In this document: piece after piece, positions 29,901 to 37,432 of the stretch
Numbering within the stretch: position 1 is the stretch's first letter
Layout of the letters: each line of letters opens with the position of its first letter
Source: an uncultured Gemmatimonadota bacterium
Lineage (GTDB): Bacteria > GCA-2686955
DNA: 37,432 nucleotides
Direction of reading: 5' to 3'
Assembly: GCA_964490075.1 (NCBI GenBank)
Contig: CAZBBK010000062.1
Location: 1-37,432 of the forward strand
Notes under the pieces: model-generated
Databases searched by the model: none
Told to the model about the DNA's origin: nothing
The model's input: the letters and a program-made list of their open reading frames with translations, nothing else
Position numbers and translations under genes: made by a program

Positions 29901-31877
29901 GGCCGAGTCCCGCGCCGTCTACTGATCTACCCGAATCGCTGGGACGAGCACACCATGGTCGGCATGAGCGAGCAGTTGCGCGCCGACATGTTCGAGCTCT
30001 ACGAGCATCTGGGCTTCAACACCCTGCGCCATCTCAAGCCCGAGGCCGGACCCGCGAGCGAGCGGCCGCGCAGGGTTCGGATTCGGCGTCGCATCCACCT
30101 CGATCCCGCCAACCTGGAGAAGGAGCGCGCGGCCGGCATCGCCGACGAGGTGCGGATGGTGTCGCTGGGCGACGAGATTCCGCTGCCGCAGCTGCGCCAC
30201 TACATCCCCAACGTGGCCTGGCAGGCGGAGTTCAGGCTCTACATCGAGAGCCTGGGTCTGAAGCCGAAGGACCTTCTTCCTCTGGAAGAGCTGCGCGGCA
30301 CGCCAGAGGAGAACGCGCTGCGGGTGCGCATGGTCGGGCCGCAGGAGGCCAAGAGCCATCCGCGGCTCTACTACCACACCGTCCGTTTCCAGGGCCGGAT
30401 CTTCGCCATGGAGCAGCAGCGGGTCTCCTCGGTCATTCGACGGCTCTATGGAGAGGATGTCTGGATCGGCGCCAACTTCAGCCCGCACAACTACTTCGAG
30501 CTTCCGACGCGAAAGTGGATTCAGGTGTTTCGCGAAGGCGGCATGACGATGCCCTGGAGCGAGGACTATGTCTGGCAGGTGCCGGAAGTCTCGGTGCAGG
30601 TGGTCGGCTACCTGCTCGACGTCATGCGTGCCGGGGCGCGCGAGGACGATCTGCCGATCTGCTTCTACTCCATGCCCCACTCGCCGAACAACACCGACGA
30701 CGACCTGCGGCGCTCTGCGATGACCGCCGTCGGACGCGGCGCCAAGGCGCTGAACTACTTCTGCGTGTTCCCCAAGCAGTTCTGGTACGAGAACTTCATC
30801 GATGCATCGAACGTCAATCGCTACCGCACCATCGGCGAGTTGAACCACGAGATCGGCGGGTGCGAGGACTATCTCTTGGACGGCCGGCCGCGCGCTGCGC
30901 GGGTGGGAATCGTGGTGCCCGACGCCACCGACATCTGGGAGAACGCCGGTCCGATGGACTACGGCGACTGCGACGATTGCAAGTCGATCCTCTTCAGCGA
31001 GGAACGCAAGGCGCTGTGGCTGGCCCTGCGTCATCTGCAGGTGCCGGTCGACATCGTCCCCTCCGACGACGTTCGGAGCGGATCGATCGATCGCTACGCG
31101 GCCCTCTATCTGGCCGGTGACCACGTCGCGCGCGACGTCGCACGTGACCTCGGCGAGTGGGTTCGCCAGGGCGGCGTGCTCTTCGCCTCGGGCGGCACCG
31201 GAGTGAAGGACGAGTACGGACGCCAGAGCACACTCCTGCCCGACCTGATCGGCTGCCGGTCGCTCGATGTGGAGCGAAGCGTGCGCCTGGTGCGGGCCAA
31301 GATGGAGCTGCCCAGGCTCGATCCGCTCGGGCGGGTCGAGGTCACCGAGGGGGGCAGCTTCGACGCGGTGGCGCTGCGCCAGCGCTGGCAGGTAGAGGAC
31401 GCCGAGGTCATCGGCCGTTTCGGGAACGGCGATGCGGCGCTCGTGACCTCCCGTCACGGCAAGGGGAGAGTGGTGGCCGCCGCGGCGCTCCCCGGTCTGG
31501 CCTATGTTCGCAGCGCGATTCCGATTCGGCCCTGGGACCGAGGCTGCGGCCCCCAGAGCATGAACCACTGGCTGCCCTCGGAGTTCGATTCCGCGGCGCG
31601 CTTGATCATCGAGCTGCCGGTGCGCCTGGCGGGAGTGGAGGCGCCGGTCCGCTGCAGCGAGGCGTTGGTGGAGCCGAGCCTGATCGAGGGCGAGTCGAAG
31701 GCCGCCGTGGTGTTGGTCAACTTCACCGACGCACCGATTCCGCGGCTCGAGGTCGAGCTCGCTCTCGGCTGGACGCCGCGGCGCATCCGCTCGGTGCGCG
31801 GGGTCGCGATCGAAGGCCGCGGCAACCGGATCGCGCTGCCGCTCGGGGTGTCGGACGTGCTGATGATCGACCGATGA
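26958..31877 (+). CDS. Large secreted multidomain protein: duplicated beta-sandwich+Ig units, then GH42-like (clan GH-A) catalytic and trimerisation-like domains
   Basis: GGAGGA RBS and signal peptide ending ...STAAA. Internal duplication. Candidate catalytic Glu residues in SLGDEI and WSEDY. C-terminal ERKALWLALRHLQVPVDIV...WVRQGGVL resembles the GH42 trimerisation domain. Confidence 0.7.
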   Translation: MADGRGGERMGRLRGALEQMRCVFAPMVAALALGSTAAADRLWLVSDLALLDGALPKSDGATFKVEVRAPNHPSAEKILAETITEPGWHPVAAELSRWQGRPMRLRLIVSPGPRNAANFDFGAWGRARIVRVPDQWEGEGTPPREELIHDLVELAIEAETGVGARKLELSPASGRGVFDAHRSPGGRTLGTENIAGGVSQPAIYHHPAFRTPAPSWGEWRFDLPVVHDISVAWLDAVPTGAEEQGVDFSIRSRSPWAGRSPIVLKILKLNRDFDLLETELTLAPGEQVHTLHWPAEGAKAGNYTFELDMGQMGRTRGKFYLDYALRDEAEAIELPAGGGVWLAFWTALSDGALPVSNGVEFQAAVRESRFERGAAREIHRVVARAPGWTPAVLDLGDYAGREITLTLTVDPLGSGNKDWAVWGQPMIVAAPDGHVGGAYDPGAPEWSDVAFIDLLEVDPVATGIQERDVDLASPNKQNRGAVFHPRWGLKRRQTSSLHRSAGIGRKGIFHHPAFELRPQLSWAELTVKVPTTRPFHVHLEVPDRDVYDSERFPITPVMIAKDQAREIDLALKVFRESEPEPVFAIEREVEVPLGETHLALFWPTFRAPAGDYRVELGVEEGGGAPLLYSARLRKRGGIGYLESVQLDPLHLAIEAEDLAGGSWAPADLCDTYFSGFGGNFISGQRCLSLPHSRAEGEARTTIQVERPSRYRVWVRYEAPSGFETRFGIRLEQNGEVVFDEAYGDSDALKLWPFGNHDNIEARLISDPWWPWGGGDNIVWQGHDFDAGLDAGSADLVLYGRDNGSLGADRNVDAILLTTVPEIAPVNPWLPYLDEIASTRRMFLRLRNPIGASGKIGVTGQTMLHRNPFLKRPWDLRLPIELEPGQQSDWIALGPDLDTTDETTLRLWIDHDSQERPPSLEADFCATKGTTPIERVAWSGDLRPRSEVLLNIPARYPREGRVTTGEEVLAELTQAIGAASFPGRVPRRLLIYPNRWDEHTMVGMSEQLRADMFELYEHLGFNTLRHLKPEAGPASERPRRVRIRRRIHLDPANLEKERAAGIADEVRMVSLGDEIPLPQLRHYIPNVAWQAEFRLYIESLGLKPKDLLPLEELRGTPEENALRVRMVGPQEAKSHPRLYYHTVRFQGRIFAMEQQRVSSVIRRLYGEDVWIGANFSPHNYFELPTRKWIQVFREGGMTMPWSEDYVWQVPEVSVQVVGYLLDVMRAGAREDDLPICFYSMPHSPNNTDDDLRRSAMTAVGRGAKALNYFCVFPKQFWYENFIDASNVNRYRTIGELNHEIGGCEDYLLDGRPRAARVGIVVPDATDIWENAGPMDYGDCDDCKSILFSEERKALWLALRHLQVPVDIVPSDDVRSGSIDRYAALYLAGDHVARDVARDLGEWVRQGGVLFASGGTGVKDEYGRQSTLLPDLIGCRSLDVERSVRLVRAKMELPRLDPLGRVEVTEGGSFDAVALRQRWQVEDAEVIGRFGNGDAALVTSRHGKGRVVAAAALPGLAYVRSAIPIRPWDRGCGPQSMNHWLPSEFDSAARLIIELPVRLAGVEAPVRCSEALVEPSLIEGESKAAVVLVNFTDAPIPRLEVELALGWTPRRIRSVRGVAIEGRGNRIALPLGVSDVLMIDR

Positions 31878-33451
31878 GCACGAGCTCGCGGGTCGGGTTG
31901 ACACTGGCCCTGGCGATGGCCGGCGGCGCCCTGGCACGGCCGGGCCCGGTGGCGCCCAAGCCGGAGCAGCTCTACTTCGAGAGTGAAGCGCAGCTCAGCC
32001 CACTCGGGGGCGCTGGAGGGAGCGACGGCTGTGCCGTGCTGGTGGTGTGGGACGATGCCCTGCGCGGAGCCACGGTGGTGGCCCGGCGATCGTTGGCGCC
32101 TGGCCGTCGAGTGCTGATTCGCGCGGCCATCCCCCAGTCGAGCGGCCCGCGGGCGGCTCTCGGCCTGTGGATCGATCCCGGCGTCGATCGCCGGGGCCTG
32201 GGCGATCGCGTGGTTTTTCGCGAGCCACGTATCGTGCGCGCCGATCCGACCCTGTCCGGACCCGACGTGACCTGGACCGACCTCGTGGAGGAGACCCGAG
32301 CAGGCGGCGCCGGCCTGCGCCATGGCGAGGAATCGGTCGCGGTGCAGGGCGCCGCCACGGCGGGCTACCAGCCCTACGCGGGGCTCGGTCCCGAGCCCGG
32401 CACCCTGGTGGTGACGGCGGCCAAGTCGCATGCGGCCGGCATCGAGTTCCGCGTGCAGCCCCCGCTCCCCCCCGGCGGGCGCTCCGAACCGCGGGTCTAT
32501 CGCGGCATGCTGCACGCCCACTCCTCGCTTTCCGACGGGGCGGGCCCTCCCGCCGAGGCCTTTCGGATGGCCAGAGAGGAGGGGGTCGACTTCTTCGCTG
32601 TCACCGATCACGCGGAGATGTTGCGCATCCCTCGGTTCGGGGAGAGCCGCTGGGACGAGGTCCAGCGGGCGGCCAGAGAGGCGACCGTGCAGGGCGAGTT
32701 CGTCGCCCTCTTCGGCTACGAGTACACCCACCCCTCCGAAGGCCACCTGAACACCCTCGGGGCCGACCGCATCATCGACGCGATCACCGCGCCGCACTGG
32801 CGTGCCTACCTGGAACGTCTCTCGGGGCAGCCGGACGCGATCGGGATGTTCAACCACCCCTACCAGGAGGGCACGCGCAACTGGAACGACTTCGCCTTGC
32901 CCGAGGATTCGCTGCGGAGCCACGCGCTGCGTCAGGTGGCGTTGATCCGCGCGCTCGATGGCGAGGGTCGATTCGGCTACGCCTATCGCCGGGCGCTCGA
33001 CAAGGGCTGGCGGGTCGCGCCCCACGCCAGCCACGACGATCACAATCCCACCTGGGGCCGGGGGGGACGCAGCGTTACCGGCGTGTTGGCCCACAGCCTG
33101 ACCGAGGATGGGATTCTGCAGGCACTGCGCATGCGCCGCAGCTTCGCCTCGCAGGATCGCGGGCTGATGCTCACGATGCAGAGCTCCGAGGGGGTCTGGA
33201 TGGGGGGCGAGGTACGTTCCGGACCGATCGAGGTGGTGGTCGTTGCTTCCGATCCAGTGCCGGACGACACCCTGCTGCGCATCGAGATCCTCGGCCGCGG
33301 CAATCGTGAGATCGCCCGCAAGGTATCGCAGGGTGAGGCATCCATCCGTTGGCACGCCGGCGTCGAGCTGCTCCCCGGAGAGGCGGTGATCGCGCGGGCC
33401 GTTCAGCGCGACGGCGACGAGGCGCTGAGCGCGCCGCTCTTCGTGCGCTGA
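31874..33451 (+). CDS. Secreted PHP-domain metallohydrolase (CehA/McbA-like) with N-terminal beta-sandwich
   Basis: Signal peptide, GMLHAHSSLSDG, AVTDH, GYEY, GHLN, NHP and SHDDH. ATGA overlap with the upstream gene. Confidence 0.85.
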   Translation: MSTSSRVGLTLALAMAGGALARPGPVAPKPEQLYFESEAQLSPLGGAGGSDGCAVLVVWDDALRGATVVARRSLAPGRRVLIRAAIPQSSGPRAALGLWIDPGVDRRGLGDRVVFREPRIVRADPTLSGPDVTWTDLVEETRAGGAGLRHGEESVAVQGAATAGYQPYAGLGPEPGTLVVTAAKSHAAGIEFRVQPPLPPGGRSEPRVYRGMLHAHSSLSDGAGPPAEAFRMAREEGVDFFAVTDHAEMLRIPRFGESRWDEVQRAAREATVQGEFVALFGYEYTHPSEGHLNTLGADRIIDAITAPHWRAYLERLSGQPDAIGMFNHPYQEGTRNWNDFALPEDSLRSHALRQVALIRALDGEGRFGYAYRRALDKGWRVAPHASHDDHNPTWGRGGRSVTGVLAHSLTEDGILQALRMRRSFASQDRGLMLTMQSSEGVWMGGEVRSGPIEVVVVASDPVPDDTLLRIEILGRGNREIARKVSQGEASIRWHAGVELLPGEAVIARAVQRDGDEALSAPLFVR

Positions 33452-33463
33452 GCCAGGGCTGAT

Positions 33464-34603
33464 TCAGATCGCTGCGAGCGCGCCTCGAAGATCGTCGATC
33501 AAATCGCCGACATCCTCGACGCCCACCGAGAGCCGGATCAGGCCGTCGGTGATGCCCAGCGCCTTGCGCTCCTCTTCGGGCACCGAGGCGTGGGTCATGG
33601 CACCGGGGTGGCAGACCAGGCTCTCGACGCCGCCCAGCGACTCGGCCAAGGTGAAGACGCCCAGTGCCGCCACGAACTCCTCGGCGGCGTCGAAGTCGGG
33701 CAGCTCGAAGCTGATCATGCCGCCGAAGCCGCCCATCTGCCGCCGCGCCAGATCGTGCTGCGGGTGGCTCTTGAGCCCCGGGTAGTAGACCTTGCCGATC
33801 CGCGGTTCGGCGTCGAGGAAGGCGGCGATTGCCCGGGCGTTGGCATCGTGGGCGGCCATCCGCAGGTGCAGGGTCTTCACACCGCGCAGCACCAGCCAAC
33901 AATCGAAGGGGGAGGGGACCGCCCCGGCGGCGTTTTGAACGAAGGCCAGGCGCTCGGAGAGGGCGTCGTCGTTGGTCATCAATACGCCGCCGACCACGTC
34001 GGAATGACCGTTCAGGTACTTGGTGGTCGAATGGAGCACCAGGTCGATGCCGTGCTCGAGCGGACGCTGGAAGATCGGGCTCATGAAGGTGTTGTCGACG
34101 CAGGTGCGCACTCCGCGCCGACCGGCCAACTCGGCGATCGCCTCCAGATCGGTCAGCGTGAGGATCGGGTTGGTCGGGGACTCCACGAAGATCAGCCGGG
34201 TGCGCCCCTCGCAGGCCGCTTCGACGGCCGCCAGGTCGGAGGTGTCGACGAAGCTCGCCCGCAGCCCCAGGCCCGACAGGATCGTGGTCAGCAGTCGGTA
34301 GGTGCCGCCGTAGACATTATCGGTGCAGACCAGGTGATCGCCCGACACCAAGAGCATCGCCAGGGCGCTCACCGCCGCCATGCCGCTGGCGAAGGCATGC
34401 CCGTGGGCGGCGCCTTCCAGGGCGGCCAGGTTGGCCTCGAGCACCTCGCGGGTCGGGTTCTGGGTTCGGGCGTACTCGTAACCGCGGTGCTGGGCGATGG
34501 CGTCCTGCACGAAGGTCGCCGACTGGTAGATCGGCGTCATGATGGCGCCGGTGATCGGCTCCGGTCGTTGCCCCGCGTGTACCGCGAGAGTGGCTGGCTT
34601 CAT
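33464..34603 (-). CDS. Cystathionine gamma-lyase/synthase (Cys/Met metabolism PLP enzyme)
   Basis: YEYARTQNPT, FASGMAA, YGGT, ESPTNP, DNTF, HSTTKYLNGHSDV (PLP Lys) and AESLGGVESL. Confidence 0.95.
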   Translation of the reverse strand: MKPATLAVHAGQRPEPITGAIMTPIYQSATFVQDAIAQHRGYEYARTQNPTREVLEANLAALEGAAHGHAFASGMAAVSALAMLLVSGDHLVCTDNVYGGTYRLLTTILSGLGLRASFVDTSDLAAVEAACEGRTRLIFVESPTNPILTLTDLEAIAELAGRRGVRTCVDNTFMSPIFQRPLEHGIDLVLHSTTKYLNGHSDVVGGVLMTNDDALSERLAFVQNAAGAVPSPFDCWLVLRGVKTLHLRMAAHDANARAIAAFLDAEPRIGKVYYPGLKSHPQHDLARRQMGGFGGMISFELPDFDAAEEFVAALGVFTLAESLGGVESLVCHPGAMTHASVPEEERKALGITDGLIRLSVGVEDVGDLIDDLRGALAAI

Positions 34604-34656
34604 CGATTCGCACCTCTACGCTGATGATCGTGCCCCGGTGATCCGGAGCGCGGAAT

Positions 34657-35913
34657 TCAGTCCCCCAAGTCGTTCAGCTCGATCGCCGTCAGGCGAACCG
34701 AATCGCCGCGCCGGATGCGCAGCAAGAGCGCTCTGGCGCCGTGTGATTGGCGACGCAGCTCGGCCCGCAGTGCGGCGGCGCTGGCCGGTCTTCGGCCGAC
34801 CAGGTCGATCCAATCCCCGCGCCTGATCCCGGCGCCCTCGGCGCGGCCCCGCCGGGCGACCGATACCACCGCCAGGGCGCTGCCGATGCCGCCCAACTGG
34901 GCGACCGTCAGGCCCAGACCTTCGATCTCGGTCACCTCGGCCGGAGCCGTGTCCGGTGGCAGCTGCGCGGGTTGCTCGTCCAGCTCGACGCGCAGGATCC
35001 GCCCGTGGCCGTCGGTGGAGACGCTGAGTTTGAGCTCCTCGCCCGGATGCCGCGCCTGCACCAGGGAATCGAGCTCTCGCGCCGAGCGGACCGGACGGCC
35101 GTCGACCGCGGTGATCACATCCATCGGCGACAGACCGGCGCGGTTGCCGGGCCCGGCCGAGCGCACCCGCGACACCACCACGCCGAGGCCGGGCGAGACC
35201 CCCAACGCCGCCGCCATCGGCGCGCTCATCGTCGCCACCTCGATTCCGACCGAGGCGGCCGGCAGGGGCGGGCGCGCCGCCAGCCTTTCGACCGCCTCCA
35301 GCACCCGTGCCGCCGGAACCACCATGCCGAGGTCGAGAACCGTCTGGTCGACCACCGCCTTGCCGACCACCATGCCGATCCAGCGCCCCGCGGCGTCTAC
35401 CACCGGTCCGCCGCTCGATCCTTCCGCCACCAGAGCGTCGATCAGGAGATGCCCCTCCGGCGTGCTGGGATCGGCACCGGAGTCTGGCAGCGCCGCGACG
35501 ATACCGCGGGTCACCACCAGGCCCGATCCGAGGGGGTTGCCGATCGCGAACACCTCCTGGCCGATCGCCGGCTCCGGAGCCAGGGCCGGTGGCGGCGGCG
35601 TCGCTTCGCTGGGATCGACCTCCAGCAGCGCGAGATCGAACGAGGGTTCGCTGGCCCGCAAGGTCGCGGGGCGGCCTGGCCCCGTGCCGACCGCGATGCG
35701 CGGCGCGCCCTCGACCGCGTGCAACGCAGTGACCACGCCACCGGCGGAGTCGACCACCACGCCGGCCGCCGACGAGAGCAGCGCTCCGGTCTCACCGACC
35801 GTCTCCACGATCACGGCCGATCGCAGCGCCGCCAGCAGCCCCTCGGTCGGCTCGGGTCCGGCCGTCCAGGGCGCGATCGCCAGGAGCAGCATTCCGGCGG
35901 CTGGGACGGTCAT
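34657..35913 (-). CDS. HtrA/DegP-like S1C serine protease with two PDZ domains
   Basis: VVTALHAV (His), DLALL (Asp), AIGNPLG and GSSGGP (Ser). Two PDZ-like repeats. ATGA overlap with cpoB. Confidence 0.88.
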   Translation of the reverse strand: MTVPAAGMLLLAIAPWTAGPEPTEGLLAALRSAVIVETVGETGALLSSAAGVVVDSAGGVVTALHAVEGAPRIAVGTGPGRPATLRASEPSFDLALLEVDPSEATPPPPALAPEPAIGQEVFAIGNPLGSGLVVTRGIVAALPDSGADPSTPEGHLLIDALVAEGSSGGPVVDAAGRWIGMVVGKAVVDQTVLDLGMVVPAARVLEAVERLAARPPLPAASVGIEVATMSAPMAAALGVSPGLGVVVSRVRSAGPGNRAGLSPMDVITAVDGRPVRSARELDSLVQARHPGEELKLSVSTDGHGRILRVELDEQPAQLPPDTAPAEVTEIEGLGLTVAQLGGIGSALAVVSVARRGRAEGAGIRRGDWIDLVGRRPASAAALRAELRRQSHGARALLLRIRRGDSVRLTAIELNDLGD

Positions 35914-36650
35914 CGCGTGGCCCCCCCGAGCTGGTCCAGGTTCTGGGCGGCGATGCGGGCCTCTTCGGTGGTCGGGAACTCGTCGATCACCCGCGCCAGG
36001 GTGGCGCGTGCGTCTCCGCGCAGCCCCAGCTCGATCTCGCACAGTCCCAGCTTCAGCAGGGCGGCCGGCAGACGCTCCTCGGCGGAGTCGCCGCGCAGCG
36101 CCGCGGCGAACGATTCGGCCGCTTCCTGGTAGCGCGCGGCGGCGAAGTGGCACTCGCCCAGCCAGAACTGCGCGTCGGAGCGCAGGGGGCTCGCGGGGGC
36201 GCTCTCCAGGAGCTGCTCGAAGCCCTCTTTCGCGAGTTCGAAGTCGCCACGGGTGGCGTCGAGGTAGGCCTGCCGATAGAGCTCCGCGGCCTCGATGCCG
36301 GCGATCTGGGAGCTGTCGGGTGCATCGATCGGCGTTAGCCCAGAGCGCAGGTCGTCGATCCCTTGATCGAGCTCCTCGATGCGCGCCCGCAGCGCGCCCT
36401 GAGCCTGCTCGGCGCCTGAGGAGCGCACCTGCTCGGCCGCCTCGACGCGGCGGATCTCTTTGTCGAGCGCCACCAGCGAGCTGTCGGTGCGCGCTTGCCA
36501 CTGGGACTCACGCGCGCTGAGCGCGGCGAGGTCGCGACGCAGCATCTCGACATCGCCCGGCCGGGCGCAGGCGCAGAGCGCGCAGAGGGCGGCCACGGCC
36601 AAGGGCCCCCTCCGAGACCGCGGTCCTGGAGGGGGCTGGATGACGCTCAT
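35910..36650 (-). CDS. cpoB: Tol-Pal system TPR protein CpoB/YbgF
   Basis: Signal/lipobox, coiled coil, then TPRs (LYRQAYLD...AQFWLGECHF...ALLKLGLC...VIDEFP). Lies directly downstream of pal. Confidence 0.88.
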   Translation of the reverse strand: MSVIQPPPGPRSRRGPLAVAALCALCACARPGDVEMLRRDLAALSARESQWQARTDSSLVALDKEIRRVEAAEQVRSSGAEQAQGALRARIEELDQGIDDLRSGLTPIDAPDSSQIAGIEAAELYRQAYLDATRGDFELAKEGFEQLLESAPASPLRSDAQFWLGECHFAAARYQEAAESFAAALRGDSAEERLPAALLKLGLCEIELGLRGDARATLARVIDEFPTTEEARIAAQNLDQLGGATR

Positions 36651-36667
36651 TCCGGGCTGCTCGACGA

Positions 36668-37310
<643 letters not shown>

Positions 37311-37329
37311 TCCGTCTCTTCCTTCCGGA

Positions 37330-37432
37330 TCAGAGATCCTGGGTTCCTGGCGGGGGAAGTGACCAGGTCGGCGTGATCGCCCCCTTGGTGTTCGCGATCC
37401 TGCGGACCGCGCTGCCGTCCAAGCGCATGGTG
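37330..37432 (-). CDS. tolB: 3' end of TolB (partial, runs off the window)
   Basis: Translates to TMRLDGSAVRRIANTKGAITPTWSLPPPGTQDL*, a PD40-like last blade, immediately upstream of pal. Confidence 0.75.
   Translation of the reverse strand, partial: TMRLDGSAVRRIANTKGAITPTWSLPPPGTQDL

Overview
High-GC bacterial chromosomal segment, probably from a metagenome assembly (10-N scaffold gap at 37108-37117). The tol-pal genes indicate a diderm. It is densely coding; I found no rRNA, tRNA, CRISPR array or mobile element. In order: a secreted S8 subtilase followed by a deletion-riddled paralogous pseudogene; a minus-strand run of DUF151/BFN-UVR protein, H-box-like+receiver protein, HDOD protein, GAF-PAS histidine kinase, arsM and an SGNH hydrolase; a small secreted-type ORF; SRPBCC protein, alpha/beta hydrolase, acyl-CoA dehydrogenase, pepP; a secreted beta-helix protein; gph divergent from a MocA-like nucleotidyltransferase; a small 4-Cys membrane protein; glutamate-cysteine ligase; prkA/yeaG-yeaH-spoVR; a small membrane ORF, a MacA-like adaptor and a MacB-like permease with no ATPase; a 1639-aa GH42-like secreted protein and a secreted PHP metallohydrolase that share a repeated beta-sandwich module; and, on the minus strand, tolB(3' end)-pal-cpoB-HtrA-like protease-cystathionine gamma-lyase/synthase. 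The best candidates for novelty are the shared, possibly circularly permuted module in the GH/PHP pair and the atypical signalling cluster. Neither is proven novel without database searches. Family assignments come from motif recognition only.
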